Shown here in pieces: positions 36,201 through 51,140 of a stretch of DNA of 64,000 nucleotides; the first letter of the stretch is position 1, and each line of letters opens with the position of its first letter. The DNA is taken from positions 24,180,001-24,244,000 of the forward strand of contig NC_082731.1 in NCBI RefSeq assembly GCF_030144855.1, in the 5' to 3' direction. The translations under genes and the position numbers were made by a program. The notes under the pieces were generated by a model. That model made no database searches. It was not told the DNA's origin and was given only the letters and a program-made list of their open reading frames with translations. The DNA is from Hypanus sabinus (taxonomy: Eukaryota).

Positions 36201-36479
36201 GTTAATGTGAATGTATACCCGAATAATATAATACAGCAAAAAGCTGTTCTGACCGTAGAGGATTGGATAGTCTGTTGTATTTTAAACTAAAAAGCAACCA
36301 AATCGTTATCAATAAGGAGACGAAGTAATGCGAATATAAGTTGTGCAATAATATTTTAAAAACTGCATTTTCTTCAAAAGCGCGAGTGGATTTCATAAGC
36401 TGATTATCGAAGTGATTCAGAATAGAATTCACGGCGTCATTTAAAAATAAAATAAACACATAGCATTTCGAAACTGCCC

Positions 36480-38570
36480 TGAATTGACTGGGATTTGGAG
36501 AGGGGGTGTTGAGCATAAAGTTTCTCTCTATGCTGATGACTTATTACTCTTTCTCTCAAATCCTTCTACATCCTTACCTCGAATGTTTTCACTTCTTGTC
36601 CAGTTTAGCCAGATCTCTGGCTATAAACTTAACTTACATAAGAGTGAACTTCTCTCAATTAATAAAGAAGCACAAGAACTAACATTTCATGATCTCCCTT
36701 TTAAAGTAGTCCATAATCAATTTACTTATCTTGGAATTACAGTCACAAGGAAGTTTAAAGATCTCTTTCGTGAAAACTTTGCCAACCTTTCATATGCTAT
36801 AAATCAGAGTCTGGTACAATGGTCACCTCTATCTATGTCTTTGGTAGCTCGTATTAATGTTGTTAAAATGTATGTTCTCCCCAGATTTTTATACCTATTT
36901 CAATCAATCCCAATTTTTATTCCTAAATCTTTTTTTGATTCCTTAGACTCTATTATTTTGTCATATCTGTGGCAGAATAAGCGCTCTAGAATTAATAAAA
37001 TCCATCTCCAAAAATCTAAAAAAGAGGGTGGCATGGCTTTACCTAACATTCGTTTATATTATTGGGCAGCTTATATACATTGTGCTACCTTCTGGTCTTT
37101 CTTCCATGGCCAACCCGAGTGCCCTAACTGGGTGGTGATGGAACTGAGCTCCACCAAAGAATTATCTATCTCTGCAGTTCTTGGCTCTGCACTCCCCAGT
37201 AGTCTGCCCAGATCAATAGCTAATCCTCTTGTTAGACACACTTTGCGTATATGGGCTCAGATCAGAAATGCTATGGTTTCCAGGGTTTTTCCGTTTCCAG
37301 CCCGATTGCTCACAATCACCTTTTTTTTACCTACTACGTACGATTCAGCATTCCAGGTTTGGTATGGGAAGGGCATTGGACATTTTGAAGATCTTTTCAT
37401 TGATAATCGCTTCGCTTCTTTTCAGCAGCTCTCTGTCAAGTTCAATCTGCCCAATGCTCATTTTTTCAGATATCTTCAAATCCGACACTTCATTGCTCCT
37501 TTAATTCATAACTTCCCTGAAATGCCTGCGAAAATGCTATGGACCTATTTCTTTCCATGAATCCACTAGGTAAAGTCTTAATATCAATCATCCGAGATAA
37601 ACTAGCGGCCTTACGACGGGCCCCCATGGATAAAATCAAAATGGCCTGGGAGCAGGATTTAAATATCTCCTTATCTGAGGAGAGCTGGGATTCAGTTCTC
37701 AAATCGGTTAACTCAACCTCTCTTTGTGCTCGCCACTGCCGTTTACAGTTTAAGGTTGTTCATAGAGCCCATATGTCTAAATCTAAACTATCTCGATTCT
37801 ACCCTAACGTTAGTCCGCTCTGTGATAAATACAAGAGGGGCGTGGCCTCTCTCATCCGTATGTCCTAGTTCTGTCCTAGCTTGGAGAAATTCTGGAAAGA
37901 TGTCTTCACTACGTTATTGTGTATTCTGAATCAGCACCAAGAACAAAACCCCTTAATTGCTCTGTTCGGTTATTGGGGCGAGACAGATTCATGTCTGGGT
38001 CCGACCAAATGCCGAATATTATCCTTTGCCTCTCTTCTGGCTAGACTCATGCTCAATGGCTTAACGACATCATGGTCTATTAGGACCTCGAAAAAAATTC
38101 ATTATTCAGTTCTCAATTCGGAACTAAAGTTCCATAAGGTCTGGGGACATTTTATCGAGTACTTTCATAACCTTCCTCTTGACTAGGGTTTTTTTTTTCC
38201 TCTTCAGTCCCTTGCTTTCAGCTCCTTTTTATTTCTGGTAGAAGGCATTATTATCCTCTGTTGCTGAGTGTGTTCACAGTCTGGGAGCTTGGCCTTCCGG
38301 ACTTATACTCTCTATATTGTGTTGTAGTTGGTCTGGAGTTGTTGTTGTTTTTTCTTGTGTTGTGGGGCTTGGGGAGGACACTAAGCTTACTTGTCTTTAA
38401 TTTAGGTGTTTTTATTTTTGCTAAATTCTCTTCCTTTGTAACATATTGTTAATGTATGCTTAATTTTGCACTGTTTTAATGTTCCTCATTGGGATTTGAG
38501 GTTTTGATTTGAGGTTTTTAATTTGAAAAATGTTTTGGAAAACTAATTAAAAAAAATTAAAAATAAAAAA
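36480..38570 (+). mobile_element. 5'-truncated L1/Tx1-type LINE (RT and C-terminal zinc-binding region) with an A-rich tail
   Basis: 358-aa ORF HKVSLYADDLLLFL...SGYKLNLHKSE...KKEGGMALPN, continued by ORFs at 37539 and 37881 (QFKVVHR...SPLCDK). A-rich tail at about 38547-38572. Confidence 0.92.
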
Positions 38571-41500
38571 ACAGAATAATTTTAATTTATTTTACGTCAG
38601 GAAGGCCACAGGAGCTTCAACGGTATGATACCTATATAGTATGTTTAGAGATTTTTTCGGGGAATTCTGGTGAGTATGTGTAAGGAGCGATATTCTTTTG
38701 TTAGAGTTACTGCAATGGATCACCGAATCGTTTCCAGAACTGACCTACAAACTAGAAATGACATTATGTGTTGTCACTCACATGAGGTTTCCGGAATGAT
38801 GAACTAAATAAAATATTTCGGAATCTGTAATTGACTGGAGGCTGGATACGCTGAATAGTATTCTTCAGATGTTGTCCAGAAGTAAGGGGAGATTCTTCAC
38901 ATTAAATCGACGCCGATGATAACGACAAAGTTAATCATCTACTCTAAAGAGATTTGATACTTTGTACATCTACCTCTATGGAAGTGGAAAAGGGAACTAT
39001 CAAAAAGCACAACATAGAGATTTGTCGAAATCCAAATCTCAAGGAAGTACTTGACACGGGATCTAACCGAAAAGTGGTATATTTTATGAAGCTACTTATT
39101 GATTAGATACTTGATTTCGCTCCCGTCCCAACACATCTCTCACTCCACAGCGGCTTGCAGTCGTCAAAGTGAGAAAGTTAGCATGATTATATTTTAAACG
39201 AAAACGTAATTTGGCTAGCATTGTGACGCGTGTTTAGAGTGCAACATATGAATATAGAGGCAGATTCTGAAGTCATTGGTTAGGAATGGATATGGCCGGC
39301 ATTCCCCCACTGATGGTTGTCTGATGGAAGCAACGTATACATGCACATAATGCACAGCTGTTTCCTTCAGTTACATTGTCAACGTGTGTTCGTTGCGGAC
39401 TCTGAAAAATTGGATTCATGTGTCAGAAAACCGGTACAATGTGGAGTGAGAAAGAATTGAAAATAATGATTATTTACTCATTGATTAAGTTGATTTATAA
39501 AGCAGTTAGATTCAGTATATGAAGGAAGTTCAGAATGGTTGTTTAATACAGCATATGGTTTCAGCAGAGGGAAATGATTTTGGACGAAACCTCACATTAA
39601 ATTCGATGGTATCATTTCAGTGAGAAAATATTTTAGATCACGCAGTTTTAATCTTATGTTCCATTTCTTCAGTCATGGCAGTAACACACCATGTAGTTGA
39701 AAGACATCCCTTTCACGCGAAATTTTTCATGGAAATATTGGCGCTTATTGGAATTTTTGCACTTAATTCCTTTCCTCTCCACAAATAATCTGCATCTGTC
39801 TTCAATTTCTGTGGCCGGAGTCCAACATTTGACTTTAATGAAATAACTGAAAGGAAACACCTGTGTGTCTCATGCAACGAAAAACAAACTGTTTCCTGTC
39901 GGTAGATAAGAGTCAGAATGTACTTGACTATGAATAGAACAATATGAGATCAAGACCTTCCTGGCAACATGTTTCACATACTGTCAAAAAACGGTCTGAT
40001 TTATTAGGCGATGCAGTATTCAGATGATATCCTAAATTGGGTTTATCTTTCACAGATTAACAGGGAGAGCTGGAAAAGTCTGGGATTCAGTCATGAGACA
40101 TTAACTTTTCTAACTTCTGATGAAAGTCTCTGGTTCTCACAATAACTCGCAACTCGCAAACGGATCCTGCGGCAATATGGTGAATTAATATCCTTGAAAA
40201 TAATTCTCTGAATGCAGTGTCATTTTTTTAACTGTCGGGCAGAATTCAACAGGTTGCATCGCTTCAGCGACCATTTCCAAACAAGAAAATATGGGAATAT
40301 CGATTAACAGAGTAACATGGAGTAAAAAGTATTGAACTCAGGTGTCTCTGCCGTCGCTTCATCACCCCGATAAAACTTTCAGTATTGTGCTCATACGTGG
40401 AAGTAGTTACAGAATCACCCCCACTCGCATGTTAAACCCTGGATAGAATAAAACATACTTTTGCTCCAAAATGTGTGTTCATTTGTCCATTTGAATGCCA
40501 TTCTGGGAATATGCATTCCTGTCAGATGGAAGTCAGTGACAGTAGTGATGGAACCGAAAGGGACCACCGGTACTGCACCCACCCTTAATCACGTCAGAGG
40601 AATCAGAAACATTGATTCTTAACATGAAAATTCAACAACATCATCCCATGCAATGTATCGGTAATGGCTCTGACTGAAATCAATGTCAAAATCATTTGAC
40701 CATGCCCAAGAAAAGTCGTAAGGCCAACAAATATCATTTTTCAAGCACACTGAAATTCCAAAAGTCTCCATTTAAATACAACTAACTAACTGAGAACACG
40801 ATCCATTCAGGTTGAGATTATTACATTGTGATCACCATAAGTGTGATCACATTGGATCACCTAAACCTGCCTTCAATAACGTCTCGAACATCATTTTTAT
40901 GCAACGTCTACAGTGTAAAACTACACAGTCTGTCGCCGTGAAGTATACCTACGTTTAGAGATAGAAAAGTTTTTTTTATATAATCACTTCAAACGGTCTC
41001 AGAGAGCTACAAAGTAAACCACATTTCAGATATTTTGTTTTCTCAGTTCATGTATCTGATCAAGGATAACAACGTGGAGAATAGGGATTTTAGTGCTCAG
41101 ATTATTATTGTGAAGTAAATAAGAAGGTAATTTTGGGTACTTGAAGAGGAATGAACTCGATGTATCCAGACACTTTTCCTGGAGAAGGTATTGACATAAT
41201 TAATATGTAGATGAATTAAGAATATTTGCAACGTTTTTCCTGATGTCATTGTGCCTGTTGTAGTTTGTGCAGGCAGAACATGCGTTGCTAACGGCAGATT
41301 ACTTTTTATAAAGGCGCCGACGGTAATTGAGGAAGGTAGAGTTATGAATGTTGTCTGGAAGAAGTTTAGTCAAGCATTCGCCATGTGCATTCAGGAGACC
41401 TCATCGGCAAATTAAGATGCAAGAAATAAAAGCTTAGTTGGCCGTTTTGCATCCATAACTGGCTTGTCCAGGAAAGAGAGAGATGACGGTCGAACGGTAT

Positions 41501-44500
41501 TATTTTAGGAGGAGTTATGTTATTAATATTGTTGTGCAGCGATGCGTGCTGAGATGTCTGTAAATACTGATATCGATAAGCGATGAATATTAACATATTA
41601 ATGGAGGCGTTAGCATGCTTACTGAAGGTACGAAATTTACTTTTGTTGTTCAAAGCATTGACAATTTGTCAAAAACACAGTGGAATATTACACTGTTGCA
41701 GATGTGGTTGGTAAAATGGAAATACGTCTTTAGCCCTGCTAATTGTATTGTACTGCAGCTTGGTGAGTCAAACGTAAGGATAAAATAGACTGCTAAATTT
41801 ACTATCCTGAAGAGTTCAGATTAGCAGAAGGATCTTGCCGTGCAGGAACATAGCTCCCTAAATGTAGCTACGCAAGTTGGAAGGGTGATTAAGAAGACAT
41901 GTGGCATACATGCATTCATTACCCGCGGCATATTGTTCAGTAGTCAGGAAACTATGGGTAGGTTCTAGCTCGGAATGTTTGGAATATTGCATTATGTTCT
42001 GTTCACCTCATTATGAGAAGTATGTTGAGTATTTGGAAAGGTGCAGAAGGGCAAAGGGTTTTTGAAGGACGCTGCTGTACTTGAGGGCAGATGTTATAAT
42101 GAAAAGGTTTCGAATGGCTTTAGTTATTTTCCCTGGGTGCTTGATGTTATGGAGATGTACAGCGCTTTATGATATCACGGAATGATTAGATAAAATCAGC
42201 CGACATTTACTTCTCCTCATTTTTAAAATATCTTATACGAGAGGGCATTGAATCTGCGACACGTTAACAAAGAAAGCGATTTGAGGGACGAGTATATCAA
42301 TTTATTTATCCATTCTCTATCTACATATCTAACTATCTATCTATCTATTTATTAACTTAGTTTTGTGTGTTCATTTACTTCTTTATAGTTTATTTATCCG
42401 ATTGGTTATTTAAATACTTGCATATGGACAATAACAACATTGTTCGTGCCCGTAGCAGTTGTTTAACTGAACGCGTTGCTGCCTTACAAGAACGATTCTA
42501 TGACCATTGTACCCAGAGTATACATATTGTTGCAGAACGCGTACGGTAAGCTCTGCCATACTCTGCTCAAGATCTACAATTCAGGCGGAAATGTATATAT
42601 TTTAATATTACTTCTGTATATATATATACTGTATATATATTTACACAGACACAAACACAAACATAATTGAGTATAACCATAAATGAGAGAAATGACAGCT
42701 AAACCAATAAGAGAGCGTATATGCAGACAGCGAGAAATACATAAATACTCCCGCGATCAGTAATCGGTATGTTACATTTCCCTAAAAATCTGAGAAAATT
42801 AGCCCGAAAGGTCTTGAATAATACCTTTTTAAATACCCTGCAGCTGGCAGAACAATATCTGAAATGTGAATCATTACTGCTACATTGTTTGAATATTTGC
42901 ATTTTTCCCTCTCTGAATACGCTATGCATACGGGGGAAAATTTGGTTCCATTCCTGTTGCTCCCGATTGTAACCTGGGACTAGTATTTCTGAGAGTATTT
43001 ATATTACCCTCAACGGGAGTCCATCTGCAATCACTATAGATTTCAGCACATTAAATAAGCTGATTAGCAATTTTCGACACGTGAGCAGAAAGTTATATGT
43101 TTGCTAGGGTTTTTTTCATAACTACTTATGCAACATGGTTTCAGACTTCACGGGTATTAACATCAATCTTGGCAAACATCACAATTTATCACAAGCAACC
43201 GCCTGAATTGCATATAACATTTTAGTTCTGCTGTTTCCTCAGATCAGCGCAATCTTGAACCATCATACAATGTCCGACATGTTTTCGTAATTCGGAAGCA
43301 GCAAACACTGAGCGTATATGCAGCGAACGTTCATAAGCAGGCGGAATCATATGAGAAAATATGGGATGTCACAAAGACGATAACCTCGCACAATAAAAAT
43401 AATTGAACAATATATTCCTGGTTCTTATCTTACATACAGATTTCGTGTCCCCGTTTCATTTAAATTAAGCCTAACTTAACCTGAAATTATGGCATAGCAG
43501 CGCACCAGTGTGTGCAACCTTCAATATACAACAATACGATGGAAGCGCACAAGTTAGCACAACTCATCACAGCACAAGATCTAAGTTAGACATAAAATTC
43601 TAAAGTCAGGATGCAATTTTGCTAGTTTACAAAACTCTGCTTAGGAGCTTCTGGAATGTTGTATAATTTTCTGGTCACCACAATGTGGGAAATGCATCGG
43701 GGATTTGGGGAGGTGCGCAAGTTTTCGCAAGGATGCTCCCTAGATTTGAGGGCAAGTCATACAACGTGAGGTTCTCTGCATTTCCATAATTCTCCCTGGA
43801 GTGGCGCATGACACGGGGAGATGTACAGAACTTTAAAAAAATTATGCGAGGATTAGAAAAAACCTCGAAGAATACTTTATCATTGGTTGTACTCTGTTTT
43901 TAATTTCTCAAATTTTATATCTAATATGAGAGGATATACATTTAATATGGGACTGGGCAATTATTTATTCTAAAATTCCACATGGATTCGTGAGTACATT
44001 GCCCAAAATTCACTGATTGTATTGATGGTAGATGCTTTCTAAGAGAGCATTAAGACGATGAATAGCAAATCCAGTTCCTACAGGTTCTGCCCAGGAACGC
44101 ATGTTGATCGTGGGAATGCATTAAAGATCGACGACAACACCTCCATAGACACTGCTCAGATCAACAATTCAGAGCACGATTTATTTTATATGATATTAAT
44201 GATTCATATTTTCTGTTCTTTCTCTGTATAGTACNNNNNNNNNNNNNNNNNNNNNNNNNNNNNNNNNNNNNNNNNNNNNNNNNNNNNNNNNNNNNNNNNN
44301 NNNNNNNNNNNNNNNNNNNNNNNNNNNNNNNNNNNNNNNNNNNNNNNNNNNNNNNNNNNNNNNNNNNNNNNNNNNNNNNNNNNNNNNNNNNNNNNNNNNN
44401 NNNNNNNNNNNNNNNNNNNNNNNNNNNNNNNNNNNNNNNNNNNNNNNNNNNNNNNNNNNNNNNNNNNNNNNNNNNNNNNNNNNNNNNNNNNNNNNNNNNN

Positions 44501-47499
44501 NNNNNGGACATATACAGAGAGCGAGTGATTTCTGCAATTGAACGGAATCCTTAGTCGTTATCCTCCGATTTCCTGCGATTACGGGGAAAAAAAAGTATTC
44601 AGCAGAATATACCTATGATAATATCCTACAGCTGACAGAAGGGTAGCTAACAGACTAACCATTACTGCTGTATCGATTAAACATTTGCATCAATCTGTCT
44701 CAAAATATGTTATGCGTCGATGGGGACAAATACGTTCCGTTTCTGTCCTTCTGCATTCTAATCTGGGACATGCATTTCTGAGATTATTTATATCAACGCC
44801 TCCCACGAGTACATATGTGGGCATAACAAATGTAATCAGATTAAAATCATGATAATCAATTTTCCACAAGTAAACAGTAAGTTATTTTTTGAATGATAAT
44901 CGTTAGCTTATGCAACATTCGCTTAGGTTTATTGGGCATTCGCATCATTCTTTACAAACAATGCAATATATCACTTGCAAGCAACTGGATGATAGATGAG
45001 ATATTTGAACTGCAGATTCCGCAGGAAAAGTGCAGACATGAGCTATTCTGCATTGCCGAAAATGTGTTCATAATACGTGAAAGGCGCATACAAACCATAT
45101 GCACAACAAGCGCCTGGAGACAGGAATGGTACAGATATTGAAATAAATTATATACGCATGAATAAAGTTGCATGCCAAAATGAAGATAACTAGACAAAAG
45201 TTTCAGCGATATAATGGTGGTACTTTTCATATTCTATCGTACCGAATTCGTGTCCCGGTTTAATTAAACTAAAGACTGGCATATCATGCTACTATGGCAA
45301 AGTAGCACACCAGCTTTCTCAGCGTTCAGCAGTATGCAATGACATGGCAACACCGACGTTATCATAACCCATTAAAACGCTATTTCTATGTTTGTGGGTC
45401 CATTCCCGCTTATGATGTTGTAGCTTCTTCACGTGGCCAATTAGTTATCGTCGGGAATGCCGATGTTTTTTTTTCACATTCCAAAGAATGACACGAAAAG
45501 CATGCTATGTTGACTCTGGAAATTATGGGACCCTTCCGACTGCTCCAACAAGTAAAAACATATGGTTGTAAAACAATGGTGCGGAAGAAGTTCATGCCCC
45601 TCATCGACTCTTCTCCTCAATTATGTCATGGCTGGTTTATTCGCACTTACATCCCCATTCCCCAGTCTTTGTTTTTTCCAACACAAACATTTGCTTCCTT
45701 AGTAATCAAGAACATATCAATCACCACTTAAATGTGTTGTGTCACATGGCTTCTGCAGCCTTTCTTTTGCACTGTATTGCACAGAATCACCTCCGTTTAG
45801 CTGAGGATTTTCAACTCCTTTCTAGTTGACGGGACGTCGCTCCGTTCTGAGACACTTTAGCAGCAGCCAAATGTATAAGTCTGGTCCGCAGATTGAGATT
45901 CTACACTGGAGAAAGGCCAGCTGAGATGGTATCTCAAAGGATCAGTCAAGTCAAAATTGAGACAGGCTGTTGACAGGCAAATGTGTACTTGTAAACGCCA
46001 GGGCTACAAAACTGACGTTTTGAGGTAGCCATGCTTCTAAGATAATTTTAGAATATAAAGTAAAGATACCAAGTGCAGGGAACTTTGAATTAAAAAAAAA
46101 ATGAGTATCTGACTAACAAACATGCTGAATGTCAACATGCCGATGCTCAGTTTAGCAGCTGTGATGTTATGTGAAAGTTAGATAAAAACACTTGTGAGGC
46201 ATAATCTAGACTACTGTCTGAAATAATGTTCACCTATCTGCCGAAGGAAAAAAAAAAACTTTGCAATTAAAGCTTAAAGCGTGTAAAGCATAATTCTAAG
46301 GGCATGCCACATCTGGAGATTGCCAGATATAAGGAATGACTAAATATTTCAGAACTTTGTACCTTGGTACGTATAAAAAAGAAACATAGAGATTTCATAG
46401 AGGGACATAGATTTATGAGGTGTGTACAAAGGGCAAATGCAATATTTTTCCCACTGAGTTTACATGAGCCTAAAGGTAATGTCGAAAAGCGTAAATGGAA
46501 CATCAGGAAAATCCTCTTCACTCCTAGCTTCGTGGGAATGTTGACCGACTTGCCAGCACAACTGGTGCATGCGAGCTCTATTTCAAAGTTTAATCAACGC
46601 TTAGACAGGTACGTGAATTGGTGTGGAATGCAGGCAATTGCCCAACAGCAGGGCGATTAAAGTAGGCCGTTTAAATAATCTAAACATTGACCAAATTGTC
46701 TAAAATGCCGGTTTCTGTGCTGCACTGTTCTATAATTGCATGGCCTATGTCCGACTATCGTATTCATATTAACCCATTTATCCGTGCATTGCTTTCGGTA
46801 CGATGCTTATACACTTTAGGCTGTCTCGCTTCATGTAATATATCGAGAGACAGTCTTCATTTTCATTAAACTGTACACCGATTGACTACATTATATGGAA
46901 TTTGAGTTCGCTACGTTTTACTATGACTGAACGTCCAAAGATGTTCTGATTGATTTCCTTTATTTCTATTTATAATTGACTTTTAGCAATCATTTTCGTG
47001 CCCAATACCTTCAACAATGAAACGTAGCCCTTTTTCGTGTATCATTTTCCCCTTCTTTTGGTTTCCAGATTGGTGTTGGAAATCAAATATCTAAATAAAC
47101 TAAGGCTAATATATGTACATCTATTATTAGATTCAATTCCCTTTTATCCAAGTTCGTTCACTGTTTTCTAATTACATTCTATTTTTCGATGAAGTGCAAG
47201 TGATGTTTTATTTATTTATCTTTTGACCTGTTTTAATTACATGATTCATGTTCTGTTTGTTTCAGACATTTGCTGCAGTAACGGATTCAGATTATTCTGT
47301 TGAATGAAGCATTATTGTTTCAGAAATGGCAGAGGCTCCTTCGACCACACTTCCCACACGTATTGCCTGCTGATCAGTGCAGGGGTTCGTAATTTAGAAT
47401 GAATTTAGTGATCTATGTTCATAGAGACTCATTTGGCCTTCCCTTTATTTCATATGTGATCGTGTGTAATTACCTATGTAAGGGTAATTGGTAGATGCT

Positions 47500-50400
47500 A
47501 GAGTCTACCCCAATGGCTACCCCCTTAACACTCAGTTCTCCGGTTTGAGTACACTTGAATGAGACTGCCTAATCAGGGGAAGCAGCATTGGCTGCGTCTC
47601 TGGCAAAGATGTTGGCACTATAGCTCAGAAGGTTAGGGAAAGGAAGAGGATGGCAGAAGTGATAGAAGACTCGATGGTTTCGCTTCAGACAGGCGATTTT
47701 GTGGGCGATGGAAATAAACACGAATGGTTGTTTGCCTCCCAGGTGCCCGGGTCCGAGATGCTTCTGATCGCATCCACGATGTTCTGAAGTGGGAAGAACA
47801 TCCAGAGGTCGTTGTACACATTGGTGTCAATGACAAATGAAGGAAAAAGGAGGAGGATCTGAAAGCGGACTACAGGGTGTTCGGAAAGAAGTTGAGAAGC
47901 AGAAACTCAAAACTAATAAGTTCGGGTTGAATGCCTGTGGGACATGATAGTGACCACAGGAATAGAATGAGGTGGAGGATTAAAACATGACTTTCGCATT
48001 AGAACAAAGAGCAGGGCTTCAGAGTTATGAATCTGTGGGATGTCTTTTGGGGCAGGTGTGATATGCCTCAAGAAGACGGGTTGCACTTGAATCCTAAGGG
48101 GACGGATGTAATGGGGGGAGGTTTGCTGTGGCTATTGGGGAGTGTTTAAAATGGAATTACTGGGGAGTAGGGACAGAATTGAAGTAACGGAGAATGAGGC
48201 AATTGGCTTTCAAATTCAGAAAGCTTTGAAACAGTAAAAGCGGTAGAATAGGCAGGAGATAGAGAAGGCATGGCGCTCAGACCGATTGTTTGAAACGTGT
48301 ATACTTTATTGCAAGGGATATTTTGAAGAAAATGGATGACCATAGAGCGTCGATCAATACTTGGAGATATGCTGATGTGGCGTTAACAGAAAATGGAATA
48401 GCTCAGGGGTACGAATGGTTCCTTCAATTGCTAGGATTTTGATATTTTAGAAACCACAGGGAGGGACGAATAAAGGTGAGGTATGGCACTGTTGATCAAG
48501 CGTAGTATCATGGCTGTAAAAAAGGAGGAAATCATGGAGCGATTATCTTTGTTGGAAGTTAGGAGCAGGAAGAGGTCAATAACCTTACTGTGAGTGTTTT
48601 ATAGACTACCCAATCGCAGCAGGGACATTGAAGAGCAGATAGAAAGACATGTTCAGGGAAGGTGTGATAACAAACAGAGTTGTTGTGGGGGCAGATTTTA
48701 CTTTTCCAAATATCGATTGGCATCTCCTTCGAGCGAAAGGTTTAGATGGAGTACACTTTATTACTTGTATTCAGGAAGGGGTTTTTTAAATAAAATATGC
48801 GTTTAAGCTTGCAGGAGGGGAGACTGTACTTGATATGGATCTTCGGAAATGAAACTGGTCAGGTGTCAGATCACTCAGCGGGAGAACAATTGCAGATAGT
48901 GATCAGTATTCTATCTCCTTTACCACAGCTACGAACAGATAGATTAGGAAACAGCTTATTTGGTGTAAAGGAAAATATGAGGATAGGCAGGAACATGTAA
49001 GCATAAAATTGAAACAAATATACTGACGGAAACGGACGGATGACATGTGGCAAATGATCAGGGGATATCTGAGTGTTTTTCTTCATTGATGTGTTTGAAT
49101 GAGACAGGGAAAGAGTGGTAGGGTACAGGAACCGTGGTCTACAATGTATGTTATAAATCCGGACAAGAAGAAGCGAACAGCTTATGAAAGGTTCACAAAA
49201 AAAGCAAAAAAAACTAGAGTGATACAGGTATAGAAGATTGCAACGCTCGAATGAAGGAGTTTAACAATAAAAATAGGAGAGCCAGAAACGATCATGACAA
49301 GGCCTTAGCGTACAGGATTTAGGAAAACCCCAAGGTATTATACAAGTATAGGACGAGCAATAGGATACGACGTCAGAGTGTAGGAACAATCAAGTGTGAT
49401 AGTGGAAAAGTATGTATGGAACCAGAGGAAATAGCAAACGTACTTATTGAAATTTCTGCTTCAGTGTTAACTACAGAAAAAAATAATGCGGGCGATTGTA
49501 CAGATGAGTTATAGCGTACTGAAAAGCTTGTGCATGTAGATATTAAGGAAGCTGAGATTTTGCAAAGCCTCATGTTGCATAAGTAGCTGGGACCGGACGA
49601 GATGTACCTCAGGCAACAGTAGGAAACAGAGGAGCAGATTGCTGAGACGCGGGCGATAACCTTTGCGTCATGAATTAGGATGGTGGAGTTTACGATGGAT
49701 TGGAATGTTGCGGATGTTGCCCCCTGATTCAGCAATTGGAGTACTCTCAGCCCAGGAAATTACAGACTAGTGAGTCTGACTTCGGTGTTTTCACATTGAT
49801 GGAGAAAAGCTCGATTGGTCTTCTGTACGAACATTTGCAGAAGCATAATATTGTTAGGAAGAATGTGTAGGGCTTTTTCCAAGGCATGTCGACGGTTATG
49901 ATCCTGATTTAATCTTCTGAGAATGTTTCTAAACACATTGATGAATGTAGAATCGTTGATGTCGTGTATATTGATTTCGGTAAGGCATTTAATAAAGTTC
50001 ACCATGCAAGCCTTATAGAAAAAGTAAGGGGGCATTGGTTAAAAAAAGAATATTTTTTGTGGATCCGAACCTGGCTTGCCAACAGAAGACAACCGGTTTT
50101 TGTAGACTGGCCATAATCTGCAATGAGGACGGTGACCAGTGGCGTGCCTCAGGGATCTGTTCTTAGGCCACTACTCTTCTCTATTTTTTGAATGAACCGT
50201 ATGAACAAGTGGAGAGTGGGTTAGTAAATCTGTTGATGACCCTTAGATTGGGCTTGTTGTAGGTAGTGTAAAGTGTTGTCAGCATTTATAGCGGGGCATT
50301 GACAGGATGCTCAACTGTGCTGAGAAGTGTCAGATGAACTTCAGCCCAGTTAAGTGTGAGGTGTTTCATTTTAGTTGGTGAGATATTAGACCAGAATACA

Positions 50401-51140
50401 GCATTAATTGTAAAACTCACGGCAGTGTGGGAAATCAGAGGGGTTAGGAGGTCTATCTCTATAGGACACTCAAAGCTGTTGCGCAGGTAGACTCTGACGT
50501 TAGAAGTCATACAGTGAATTGACCTCAATCAATCGTGGGATTGAGATTAGGAGCCGAGAGGTAATGTTGTAGCTACATAAAGCTGCTGGTCAGACCCAAT
50601 TGAGGGACTGTGCTCCGTTCCAGTAACCATACTGTAGGATGGATATGGAAACAATCTAAAGGGTACAGAGGACTTTTGCAAGAATGCTACCCGGATTGGG
50701 GAGCATGTCTTATGAGAATAGTTTGAACGAAGTCGGACTTTTCCCATTGGAAGAATCGAGGATTTGACCAGATAAATGTGTACAAGATGACGAGAGGCAT
50801 TGATCGTTTTGGATTATTAGAGGCTCTTTTACAGGATTGAGATGGCTTGCTCGACAGGGCATAGTTGCAAGGTTCTGGGACTTTTGTACGAAGGAGATGA
50901 CAAGAGTATATTTTCTTTTCGATAGACTCTAGTGGGTGGCGTGGAATGGGCTGACCGTGACGGTATTTAAAGCGGTTACCGGAGGGTCTTTGAAAAAAAC
51001 ACCTTGATAGGAACATGGAGCTCAGAAAAATAGAGGGCTGTGGGTAATTGGGGGTAAATACTAAGGGTAGAAGAAGTTCGCCGTAGCTTTGTGGTCCGAA
51101 GTGCCTGTATTGTGCTGTAGGGCTTTTGTGTTTCTATGCT
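47500..51140 (+). mobile_element. Near-full-length degenerate CR1 LINE
   Basis: ORF1 esterase-like VVCLPGARVRDASDRIHDVLKWE-HPEVVVHIGVND at about 47720-47840, EN and RT remnants, and a CR1 3' end. Confidence 0.88.

Noticed and set aside
41676-41697. cacagtg-8nt-cactgtt pair resembling a D segment
   Set aside because: The heptamers face the wrong way for a D and no nonamer is present at either spacing.
14063-44537. ORFs made largely of X that span the N-gaps
   Set aside because: They are artefacts of translating through assembly gaps.
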